Positions 50,106-58,641 of a stretch of DNA of 60,056 nucleotides are shown here, one piece after another. The position numbers and the translations under genes were made by a program. A model generated the notes under the pieces. It did not search any database and had not been told where the DNA came from. It saw only the letters and a program-made list of their open reading frames with translations. The stretch lies in assembly GCA_025358555.1 (NCBI GenBank), contig JANYJD010000036.1, positions 1-60,056 on the forward strand. The letters run 5' to 3'. The DNA is from Rhodoferax sp. (GTDB lineage: Bacteria > Pseudomonadota > Gammaproteobacteria > Burkholderiales > Burkholderiaceae_C). Each line of letters starts with the position of its first letter. The first letter of the stretch is position 1.

Positions 50106-52496
50106 TCAAAAAACTGGCGGGCCGAGATCAATGCCCGTGGCGGCCAGGCCGACAAGCCCCACTTGGATTTGATTGTTTGACGATTCAGCCAAATGCCACA
50201 GGAAGTTGCCTTGGGCTATGCCACCTTCCGAATCCAGCGATGCAACTGCGGTAGCCAACGCAGCGGCGTTTGGCGCAGTCTTGTTCACCGTTGTCAGCAG
50301 GTAGTTTGCAATCTGGGCGTTGGTAGCGGTCTCGGCACCGCCATTGGCCAACAATCCCCATATTGGCAAACGCATCAGCGCCCCGGCCAAAATCTGGGTT
50401 GAGTAGAGGCCCGAGTCATAAAGATCGGTCACGGTGCCGATCAACGGTTTTTTCGATTGGAGCAGGGTGTTGCCCAAAACAGCGCCCAGCAAAAGCACTG
50501 AGTTGCCTGCCGATTGCCCCAAAGCCGTGTCAAACGCCACTCTGTCATCCGAGAACTGCAGGCGCTCGATATTTGACAGCGTGTCAACGCCGTCCTGGCT
50601 AGTCGTGCCGCTCACCGTGAATCCGGTGGCTGTGGCGGCTACTGTGTAAGCTGCACGGGCTCCGGTAAAAATAGCCGTGTCAATGCCGGCGCCCCCATCA
50701 ATCGTGTCGTTGCCCCGGTTGCCACGCAGCAGATTGTTGGCGGCGTTGCCGATCAGGACGTCGTCACCCAAACCGCCGATGGCATTTTCAATGACCGAAC
50801 CGATGCCAATGGTCAACTCCCCCGTGCCTGCGTTGGATTTGTGCCCGGCTACCAAGTCAAGACGCACAGCGGTGGCGGCGGCTGCGGCGTTCAAGGTATC
50901 AATGCCGCCGGTGTCGTTCAGCGTCGGGTTGGCGGCCGCAAACTCGTTGGTCAAAATATACTGCGAGTCCGCCGTGACAGGCGACCCCCAGGCCCGTACC
51001 GTGAGGCTGTTGAACGTCGCAATTTGCCCTGAGACTTTGTCAGTGACCTTCAGGGTCCAGGTCCCATCGCTGATTTCGCCCAGGAACGCGGTCGAGCCGA
51101 TGGTGAAAGTGGATGGCCAGCCTGGCTCGGCTGTGGTCAGGTCCGGCGCGCCTTGAACCAGGTTGCGCGTCAGCGGTTGGTCGAACAAGGTTACGGTGGT
51201 TCCGCCGGGTGAGGTGATGGTGGCATTTAGCTGGCTGGGGCTTGCGGCAGTGAGGTTCAGGTCAAACTCCATGCGCTCGATGCGCACGTTATGGGTCACG
51301 ATGGCTGTGGCGGTGAACCCCGCTGCACTGTTGTCCGGGATCGCCCCGCTGGGAGCCGTTGAGACGCCTTCTGCACTTTGCCAGTTGGCGACGGTGCCGG
51401 CAGGCCGGAACCACGATTCTGCCAAGCGAACCGCTGCCGAAACGTCCATCAGGCCATAACCAAAATCGCGGGAGAAATGCATGCCGCCCAAGTTCCAGTC
51501 GCTGCCGTGGTTTTGCGTCCAGCTGGTGTTGGCGACATCTACCTTGCGCGCGGTGAGCGCCAGAATGGTGGAGACATCCCGAAAACCCAACTTGGGGTTA
51601 GCCTGCAGCATCAGTGCGGCAGCGCCTCCTACCATGGGGCCAGAGTAGGACGTGCCCTGGTTTTGATACGCATAGTCACCGTCAGCGCCCGCAGTCGTGT
51701 TGTAGCCGGCGGCGCCCTGTACGTCGGCCGAAGGAATCCCGAAGCCCTGGTTGTCCGATTGGGCTCCGCTGGAAACGCCGCCCGGCGCGGTCACCAATAG
51801 GCTGGCGCCGGCAGTGGAATACGCTGTAGCGGCCCCCGTCTCTGTCACAGCGCCGACGGCGATGGTGAGCCTGCTGCCGGTGAAGTTGGACAAGGATGTG
51901 TCGGCGTGGTTGGCACGCTCGTTGCCGCCCGAGACCTCGATCACCATGCCCAAGCCGCCCCGGGCTTCGCTGGCGGCGCGTACCAGTGCCGCACCCCAAT
52001 CGCGATCAGCCTGAGAGCCCGAAGCGCCGAAGTTCTCGGCAAACGCCGGGTCTTGTCCCCACGAGTTAACGCTCACGCCGGCACCTGCCGCCAGGTTGGC
52101 GAGAAAGAGGTTGGCGGAGTTGGCCCCAGCCGCGATGGCCAAGCCCGGCACAATTTTGGCGTCGTAAGCGACCCCAACACCGCCTATGCCGTCGTTGCCC
52201 GCCATGCCGACGATGGAGCCGACCACCGTACCGTGGGAATTACCCGCGCCGACGAACCCCTGTCCAGTGGTGCCGCGCACCGCGTCAAAGGCCAGATTGG
52301 GCAGCAGGTTGGCGACCAGCGAGGGTTGGGTAAGGTCAATGCCGTCATCGTTGACGGCGACCACGACGCCTTTGCCAGTGTAGGTATCCCACGCCGAGAG
52401 CACATTGATGTCAAGTCGGGAAGTGCCACCGCGCTGCCCGGTGTTGACCAGGTACCACTCAGACGCAAAAAGCGGGTCATTGAACGTTTTAGCCAT
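50106..52496 (-). CDS. subtilisin-family (S8) serine protease with proprotein-convertase P-domain, RTX repeats and the same C-terminal module
   Basis: AAGGAG Shine-Dalgarno sequence before the ATG; no signal peptide. Catalytic triad contexts VAVNDDGID, GNSHGTVVGS and GTSYSGPMVGGAAAL. P-domain-like segment (RIERMEFDLNLT...ITSPGGTTVTLF...GTWTLKVTD). RTX: GNRGNDTIDGGAGID. The tail aligns to the tails of the two metalloproteases. Confidence 0.8.
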   Translation of the reverse strand: MAKTFNDPLFASEWYLVNTGQRGGTSRLDINVLSAWDTYTGKGVVVAVNDDGIDLTQPSLVANLLPNLAFDAVRGTTGQGFVGAGNSHGTVVGSIVGMAGNDGIGGVGVAYDAKIVPGLAIAAGANSANLFLANLAAGAGVSVNSWGQDPAFAENFGASGSQADRDWGAALVRAASEARGGLGMVIEVSGGNERANHADTSLSNFTGSRLTIAVGAVTETGAATAYSTAGASLLVTAPGGVSSGAQSDNQGFGIPSADVQGAAGYNTTAGADGDYAYQNQGTSYSGPMVGGAAALMLQANPKLGFRDVSTILALTARKVDVANTSWTQNHGSDWNLGGMHFSRDFGYGLMDVSAAVRLAESWFRPAGTVANWQSAEGVSTAPSGAIPDNSAAGFTATAIVTHNVRIERMEFDLNLTAASPSQLNATITSPGGTTVTLFDQPLTRNLVQGAPDLTTAEPGWPSTFTIGSTAFLGEISDGTWTLKVTDKVSGQIATFNSLTVRAWGSPVTADSQYILTNEFAAANPTLNDTGGIDTLNAAAAATAVRLDLVAGHKSNAGTGELTIGIGSVIENAIGGLGDDVLIGNAANNLLRGNRGNDTIDGGAGIDTAIFTGARAAYTVAATATGFTVSGTTSQDGVDTLSNIERLQFSDDRVAFDTALGQSAGNSVLLLGAVLGNTLLQSKKPLIGTVTDLYDSGLYSTQILAGALMRLPIWGLLANGGAETATNAQIANYLLTTVNKTAPNAAALATAVASLDSEGGIAQGNFLWHLAESSNNQIQVGLVGLAATGIDLGPPVF

Positions 52497-52610
52497 TTGG
52501 AACTCCTTTAAGTATTGCTACTGCTAACACCCTCCGTTTGAATGAGATGTTTGTGGGATCTCAAACAGTGATCGGATAGGCCGAGTATTCAATCGCATGG
52601 TCAGCCAAGT

Positions 52611-52670
52611 CCTTAAAAAAAGCCTAAAACTTATTAAATCTTCCTAAAAATTATGAAATTTCCTGAAACC
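52611..52670. promoter_or_regulatory. AT-rich divergent promoter region with phased CCT(T/A/G)AAA repeats
   Basis: CCTTAAAAAA (52611), CCTAAAAC (52623), TCCTAAAAA (52642) and TCCTGAAAC (52661), spaced 12, 20 and 19 nt apart, lie between the S8 protease gene (-) and the lipoprotein gene (+). Confidence 0.35.
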
Positions 52671-52720
52671 TGTTGAAATAAACGGCTACATCCCATCAAA
52701 ACACCCAGATCACAAAAGCC

Positions 52721-53617
52721 ATGAAGAAACTGCTGATCATCCTGCTGTCAGTCGCTTGCCTTGCGGCTTGCGGCGGCGGCTCTTCGTCAAGCATTCCCGT
52801 GAGCCCCGTGCCGCCGGTTGTTGCACGGTTGGTGGGTGAAATATTTTCATCACCGTCAGAGTTGGCCACCTCGGAGCTCAAGATCAATGCGGGATACGCC
52901 GGCAACCTGCCAACGTCGCGCGCCATACAGGCGTCAGGCAAGACGAACCTTCTTGACCTGCTGTTCATGCACGGCATCACCGATTCACTGGGCAATCTTC
53001 GCAGCGCGCTCGCCCCCGATGCTGAACAAAAACTGATTCAGTACGCCAGCGACAACAAGGACTTGCTGGTTCCCGGCATACGGGTGCTGATCACCGACGA
53101 GGTGTTTTGGACGCCCTCGGATCCTGGCGACAGCGTGGCATCTCTGGAGCGGCAACTCGTCGTGCTGAAAGCGGCTATCGCATTGGTGCGAAAGCACATT
53201 CCCCAGTCGTCCATTGGAATTACCGTCACACCCTATGCTGCGCAGGGGCACCCGAACACACTGGCCTATTCGCTCAAAGCGGTAGCCCTGGTCGATTGGG
53301 TTGGCACCGACCCCTACTGGCTTGGCGACCTATCCAGCATCCAGTATTTGCATAGCTGGTCACGCACGTTCAACAGCATGGCCAAGCAGGCCAACCCCAA
53401 GGTAGAGACGTGGTTCATTGCCCAAGCCTTCAAATTTGTCGATTGGGATCAGCTCACGTTCAACAGCTTTGTTGCAGAGCAGCTCGGTTATTCAGACCAA
53501 TACGACCACATTCTTTTCTTCGGCTGGCAGTACGTGTCTGAAATTGACAGCAGCACTGCGGGCAAGTTCTTCCCCGCAGAGTCCAAGGCGCTCTACAAGA
53601 AATACTTGAAGCCTTGA
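52721..53617 (+). CDS. lipoprotein of unknown function
   Basis: Signal peptide with lipobox (LSVACLAAC) followed by a GGGSSSS linker. I cannot assign the 298-aa body to a family. Confidence 0.6.
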   Translation: MKKLLIILLSVACLAACGGGSSSSIPVSPVPPVVARLVGEIFSSPSELATSELKINAGYAGNLPTSRAIQASGKTNLLDLLFMHGITDSLGNLRSALAPDAEQKLIQYASDNKDLLVPGIRVLITDEVFWTPSDPGDSVASLERQLVVLKAAIALVRKHIPQSSIGITVTPYAAQGHPNTLAYSLKAVALVDWVGTDPYWLGDLSSIQYLHSWSRTFNSMAKQANPKVETWFIAQAFKFVDWDQLTFNSFVAEQLGYSDQYDHILFFGWQYVSEIDSSTAGKFFPAESKALYKKYLKP

Positions 53618-53665
53618 CATTCCGCCATCATGCGGTGAATGACGTGAAGTCTCTCCATGCCGGGC

Positions 53666-56600
53666 TCACATATTGCGCCGATACTGCCCCCCGACTTCAA
53701 ACAGCGCATTCGTAATCTGCCCCAGCGAGCAGACGCGCACCGCGTCCATTAGCACTTCAAACACGTTCTTGTTCTCAATCACTGCCTGCTGAAGGCGTTT
53801 CAGCATGGCGGGTGATTCGCTGGCGTGCAGCGCGTGGAAGTCAGCCAGCCGCTTAAGCTGGCTTTGCTTTTCTTCGTCGGTGGAGCGGGCCAGCTCCAGC
53901 TTGTCCTGCACGGCGTCGCCATGCGGGTTGCGGAAGGTGTTCACACCAATGATGGGCAGCTCGCCGGTGTGTTTGAGCATTTCATAATGCATCGATTCGT
54001 CTTGAATCCTGCCGCGCTGATAACCTGTTTCCATCGCGCCCAGCACGCCGCCGCGCTCGGCGATGCGCTCAAACTCCATCAGCACCGCCTCTTCCAGCAG
54101 CTCGGTGAGTTCTTCGATGATGAACGCGCCTTGGGACGGATTCTCGTTCTTGGCCAGGCCCCATTCGCGGTTGATGATGAGCTGGATGGCCATGGCGCGG
54201 CGCACGGAATCTTCGGTCGGCGTGGTGATGGCTTCGTCAAACGCATTGGTGTGCAGGCTGTTGCAGTTGTCGTAAATGGCGATCAGCGCCTGCAGCGTCG
54301 TGCGGATGTCGTTGAACTGGATTTCCTGCGCATGCAGGCTGCGCCCCGAGGTCTGGATGTGGTACTTGAGCTTCTGGCTGCGCTCGTTGGCACCATATTT
54401 TTCCTTCATGGCCACCCCCCAGATGCGGCGCGCCACACGGCCCATCACGGTGTATTCCGGATCCATGCCGTTGCTGAAGAAAAAGCTCAAATTCGGAGCA
54501 AAGTCATCGATGTGCATGCCGCGCGCGAGGTACGCTTCAACAAATGTCAGGCCGTTGCTGAGCGTGAATGCCAGTTGGGAAATCGGGTTGGCTCCGGCCT
54601 CGGCAATGTGGTAGCCGCTGATGCTCACGCTGTAGAAATTGCGCACGCGGTTGTGCACAAAATATTCGGCAATGTCGCCCATCACCTTCAGGCTGAATTC
54701 GGTGGAGAAGATGCAGGTGTTCTGGCCTTGGTCTTCTTTCAGGATGTCGGCCTGCACGGTGCCGCGCACGTTTTCCTGCACCCACTCCCTGATTTTCTGG
54801 CTTTCCGTGTCGGTCGGTTCGCGGCCATTGTCGGCCTTGAATTTGTCCAGATTCTGGTCAATCGCCGTGTTCATGAACATGGCCAGAATGCTGGGCGCCG
54901 TGCCATTGATGGTCATGCTGACGCTGGTGCTGGGGCTGCACAGGTCAAAGCCGCCGTACAGCACCTTCATGTCATCCAGCGTGGCAATGGATACGCCGCT
55001 GTTGCCCACCTTGCCGTAGATGTCGGGGCGCAGGTCGGGGTCGTTGCCGTACAAGGTGACCGAATCAAACGCAGTGGACAGTCGTTTGGCGGCCATGCCG
55101 CTGCTAAGCAATTTGAAGCGCGTGTTGGTTCTGAAAGCGTCGCCTTCGCCGGCGAACATGCGGGTGGGGTCTTCGCCTTCGCGCTTGAAGGCAAAGGTGC
55201 CAGCCGTGTAGGGATAGCTGCCGGGCACGTTGTCCAGCATCAGCCACTTCAATATTTCGCCGTGGTCTTCATACTGGGGCAGGGCCACTTTGCGGATCGT
55301 GGTGCCGCTTAAAGACTTGGTGGTCAGCGCGGTGCGGATTTCCTTGTCGCGGATTTTGACCACGTATTCATCGCCGGCATAGGCTTTTTGCATTTCGGGC
55401 CATTGGGCCAGCAGCTTGCGTTCTGCCGCGCCAAGCAGGCCATCACGCTGCCGGGCCAGGTCGTTGACAGCTTCAACGGCGCGGTGCCGGTCTGGCTTGT
55501 CGGTTTGCAGCATGGCCGCCGTGGCGTTCAACTGCTGAATTTCACGGGCCACGCAGGCTTGATCGCGCGCACGCTTTTTGTAGCCGCGCACGGTCTCGCT
55601 GATCTCGGCCAGGTAGCGCGTGCGGGCCGCTGGCACCACGGGCGTCTGGTTTGTGCTGTGGCGGACGTTGACCACCGGCAGCAAGCCAGGGACAGCACCG
55701 CCCGTGTTGATATTCTTCCCCTTCAGATCGTCGGATGTAGCCTGGTCGGCACCCCGATCCAGCGCCACGCCCAGCGCTGCCAGGCGGGGTTTCATCGCTT
55801 GATAGAGTGCCGTCACGCCGTCGTCGTTAAACCGCGCCGCCATCGTGCCAAACACCGGCATCTGGTCAGCCGGCGTGGTCCAGGCCTCTTTGTTGCGCTG
55901 CACCTGTTTGGCGACATCGCGCAGGGCATCGAGCGAGCCTTTGCGGTCAAACTTGTTGATCGCCACAAACTCGGCAAAGTCCAGCATGTCAATTTTCTCA
56001 AGCTGGCTGGCGGCGCCAAACTCGGGCGTCATCACGTACACGGGCACGTCCACCAGCGGCACGATGGCCGCGTCGCCCTGACCAATGCCGGAGGTCTCGA
56101 CCACGATCAGGTCAAACCCGGCCACCTTGCAGGCAGCGATCACGTCCGGCAGGGCTTTGCTGATTTCGCTGCCAAACTCCCGGGTGGCGAGACTGCGCAT
56201 GAACACTCTGGGCCCGTTGCTCCATGGGCTGATGGCGTTCATGCGGATGCGGTCACCCAGCAATGCGCCACCGCTTTTGCGCCGGGACGGGTCAATGCTG
56301 ATCACGGCCACGCGCAGGCTGTCGTTCTGGTCCAGCCGCAGACGGCGGATCAACTCATCAGTGAGTGACGACTTGCCCGCACCGCCCGTGCCGGTGATGC
56401 CGACAACAGCTACATTTTTTGTAGCTGCTTGTGCACGTACAGCAAGGGCTAGAGCCTCATTTTCCTGGGAACTCTCGATGGAAGTGATCAACTGGGCCAG
56501 TGCACGCCAATTGGCCTCGGAATGGCCCTGAATCGCCGCGATGTCTTTGGGTGCATAGGCTGTCAGGTCTTTGTCGCAGCGCATCACCATTTCGCCAATC

Positions 56601-57025
56601 ATGCCGGCCAGGCCCATCTTCTGGCCGTCTTCCGGGCTGAAGATGCGCGCCACGCCATAGGCCTGCAACTCGCGGATTTCCGGCAGCACGATGACGCCGC
56701 CGCCGCCGCCAAACACCTGAATGTGCTCGCCACCCCGGCTCTTGAGCAGGTCCACCATGTATTTGAAGTACTCCACATGCCCGCCCTGGTACGAGCTGAT
56801 CGCAATGCCCTGCGCGTCCTCCTGCAGGGCGGCGGTCACCACTTCATCAACGCTGCGGTTGTGCCCCAGGTGGATCACCTCCGCGCCCATGCCCTGCAAG
56901 ATGCGCCGCATGATGTTGATGGCAGCGTCGTGGCCGTCAAACAGGCTGGCGGCGGTGACGAAGCGCACCTTGTGGGTGGGGCGGTAGTTGGCCAGGGCTT
57001 TGTATTCGGCGGAGAGGTCGGTCAT
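53666..57025 (-). CDS. icmF: fused isobutyryl-CoA mutase (B12-binding domain + MeaB-like GTPase + mutase catalytic domain)
   Basis: 1119 aa. N-terminal B12 domain ([24 protein letters not shown]), central G-protein P-loop ([16 protein letters not shown]) and a C-terminal methylmalonyl-CoA-mutase-like barrel ([22 protein letters not shown]). Confidence 0.9.
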   Translation of the reverse strand: MTDLSAEYKALANYRPTHKVRFVTAASLFDGHDAAINIMRRILQGMGAEVIHLGHNRSVDEVVTAALQEDAQGIAISSYQGGHVEYFKYMVDLLKSRGGEHIQVFGGGGGVIVLPEIRELQAYGVARIFSPEDGQKMGLAGMIGEMVMRCDKDLTAYAPKDIAAIQGHSEANWRALAQLITSIESSQENEALALAVRAQAATKNVAVVGITGTGGAGKSSLTDELIRRLRLDQNDSLRVAVISIDPSRRKSGGALLGDRIRMNAISPWSNGPRVFMRSLATREFGSEISKALPDVIAACKVAGFDLIVVETSGIGQGDAAIVPLVDVPVYVMTPEFGAASQLEKIDMLDFAEFVAINKFDRKGSLDALRDVAKQVQRNKEAWTTPADQMPVFGTMAARFNDDGVTALYQAMKPRLAALGVALDRGADQATSDDLKGKNINTGGAVPGLLPVVNVRHSTNQTPVVPAARTRYLAEISETVRGYKKRARDQACVAREIQQLNATAAMLQTDKPDRHRAVEAVNDLARQRDGLLGAAERKLLAQWPEMQKAYAGDEYVVKIRDKEIRTALTTKSLSGTTIRKVALPQYEDHGEILKWLMLDNVPGSYPYTAGTFAFKREGEDPTRMFAGEGDAFRTNTRFKLLSSGMAAKRLSTAFDSVTLYGNDPDLRPDIYGKVGNSGVSIATLDDMKVLYGGFDLCSPSTSVSMTINGTAPSILAMFMNTAIDQNLDKFKADNGREPTDTESQKIREWVQENVRGTVQADILKEDQGQNTCIFSTEFSLKVMGDIAEYFVHNRVRNFYSVSISGYHIAEAGANPISQLAFTLSNGLTFVEAYLARGMHIDDFAPNLSFFFSNGMDPEYTVMGRVARRIWGVAMKEKYGANERSQKLKYHIQTSGRSLHAQEIQFNDIRTTLQALIAIYDNCNSLHTNAFDEAITTPTEDSVRRAMAIQLIINREWGLAKNENPSQGAFIIEELTELLEEAVLMEFERIAERGGVLGAMETGYQRGRIQDESMHYEMLKHTGELPIIGVNTFRNPHGDAVQDKLELARSTDEEKQSQLKRLADFHALHASESPAMLKRLQQAVIENKNVFEVLMDAVRVCSLGQITNALFEVGGQYRRNM

Positions 57026-57099
57026 GGGGTTCCTCGGGACTGGAGTTAGGCGAAGTCTTTTTTGAGCCTGATTCCCAATGATATTACTTTTGTGCCACT

Positions 57100-57123
57100 G
57101 TTGACGTTTACGTAAACGTCAAC
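57100..57123. promoter_or_regulatory. 24-bp perfect palindrome, candidate operator
   Basis: GTTGACGTTTACGTAAACGTCAAC is exactly self-complementary. It is nested inside a 10-bp inverted repeat (TTTGAGCCTG 57061-57070 / CAGGCTCAAA 57124-57133), 75 bp upstream of icmF and 184 bp upstream of the divergent ABC operon. Confidence 0.55.
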
Positions 57124-57306
57124 CAGGCTCAAACCTGCAATTCAGGCCCGTGTTCTTGACTACCGGTTGAAAGTTGTAAGTTAACTCACAGCTAGCGAGG
57201 GTAAGTTAGGAGGTTAAGTCCGGAATCCGCGTGTTCAAATGCCTGCTGGCTTTTGGTCGCGGCCGGACCAGTGCGACAACCCAATTTTTTTAAACCTGGA
57301 GACATC

Positions 57307-58521
57307 ATGAAAATTCGTTTTGCAAGACTGGCCGCGCATCTCGCAGTGGCCTCTGCTGTTGTGGGCTATGCAGGCATCGCTGCGGCGGCTGATCCGATCA
57401 AAATCGGCGTGGCGGGCCCGTTCACCGGCGGCTCTTCCTCGATGGGCGTGAGCATGCGCGACGGCGTGCGGCTGGCGGTTGACGAGATCAACAAGGCCGG
57501 TGGTGTGATAGGTCGCCAAATTGTGTTGGTCGAGCGGGACGACGAAGCCAAAAACGAGCGCGGCGTGCAAATTGCGCAGGAGCTGATCAGCAAGGAAAAA
57601 GTCACCGCAGCCGTGGGTTACATCAACACCGGCGTGGCCCTGGCCTCGCAGCGCTTCTTCCAGGAAGCCAAAATTCCCGTCATGAACAATGTGGCCACTG
57701 GCAGCCTCATCACCAAGCAGTTCCCCGAGCAGGCTGAGAACTACATCTTCCGCAATGCTGCGCACGACAGCATTCAGGCGCCGATGATTGTGGAAGAGGC
57801 CGTTACCCGCCGCGGCTACAAAAAGGTCGCAATTCTGGCCGATTCCACCAACTACGGCCAGCTGGGCCGCACCGACCTGGAGGCCGCTTTGACTGCGAAG
57901 GGCCTCAAACCGGTGGCTGTTGAAAAATTCAACATCAAGGACGTGGACATGACCGCGCAGCTGCTCAAGGCCAAAGAGGCGGGGGCCGAGGTCATTCTGA
58001 CTTATGGCATCGGCCCCGAGTTGGCCCAAATTGCCAACGGCATGACCAAGCTGGGCTGGAAAGTGCCGATGATCGGCAGTTGGACGCTCTCCATGGCCAA
58101 CTACATCGACAACGCCGGCCCGGGCGGCGAGGGTGCGCGCATGCCGCAAACCTTCATTCAGGAGCCCACCACGCCGCAGCGGCAGTCGTTCATCATCAAT
58201 TACCTGAAAACCTTCAACCCGAAAAATGCGCGCATCGACTCGCCGGTATCGGCTGCGCAGGGTTACGACTCCATCTACCTGCTTGCCGCCGCCATCAAGC
58301 AGGCCAATTCCACCGACGGCCCCAAAATCAAGGCCGCGCTGGAAGACCTTAAGGCACCCGTTGTCGGCGTGGTGACCACCTACAACAAGCCATTCACCGC
58401 CAAAGACCACGAGGCGATCACTGCCAACATTCCGGTTTTTGGTGAAGTCAAGGGCCAGCGCGTGGTGTATGCCTACCCGGATGACCAGAAAAAAGCCTCA
58501 GAAGTTCGCGTCAAGAAATAA
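57307..58521 (+). CDS. Liv-type ABC transporter periplasmic substrate-binding protein
   Basis: Signal peptide MKIRFARLAAHLAVASAVVGYAGIAAA, then DPIKIGVAGPFTGGSSSMG (LivJ/K-like). The start was set to the ATG at 57307, after GGAGA. Confidence 0.88.
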   Translation: MKIRFARLAAHLAVASAVVGYAGIAAAADPIKIGVAGPFTGGSSSMGVSMRDGVRLAVDEINKAGGVIGRQIVLVERDDEAKNERGVQIAQELISKEKVTAAVGYINTGVALASQRFFQEAKIPVMNNVATGSLITKQFPEQAENYIFRNAAHDSIQAPMIVEEAVTRRGYKKVAILADSTNYGQLGRTDLEAALTAKGLKPVAVEKFNIKDVDMTAQLLKAKEAGAEVILTYGIGPELAQIANGMTKLGWKVPMIGSWTLSMANYIDNAGPGGEGARMPQTFIQEPTTPQRQSFIINYLKTFNPKNARIDSPVSAAQGYDSIYLLAAAIKQANSTDGPKIKAALEDLKAPVVGVVTTYNKPFTAKDHEAITANIPVFGEVKGQRVVYAYPDDQKKASEVRVKK

Positions 58522-58557
58522 GCTGACGCGGCGACACGATATGAGTTGAAACTGGCG

Positions 58558-58593
58558 CCGCGCCAGCCGTACAGGCTGGCGCGGTTCTTTTTT
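58558..58593 (+). terminator. rho-independent terminator/attenuator between binding-protein and permease genes
   Basis: An 11-bp perfect stem, CCGCGCCAGCC-GTACA-GGCTGGCGCGG, followed by TTCTTTTTT. Confidence 0.8.
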
Positions 58594-58641
58594 GTTTGGT
58601 GCCGCAAGGCGTTTCGTTGAATTTTTGGTGGAACTGCAATT

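Noticed and set aside
53825-55312. 495-aa plus-strand ORF (and 55388-56368, 326 aa)
   Set aside because: They are antisense to icmF. Their composition is typical of high-GC shadow ORFs (His/Gln/Ala/Arg runs) and no motifs were recognised.
57235-58410. 391-aa minus-strand ORF
   Set aside because: It is antisense to the clearly recognisable Liv-type binding-protein gene.
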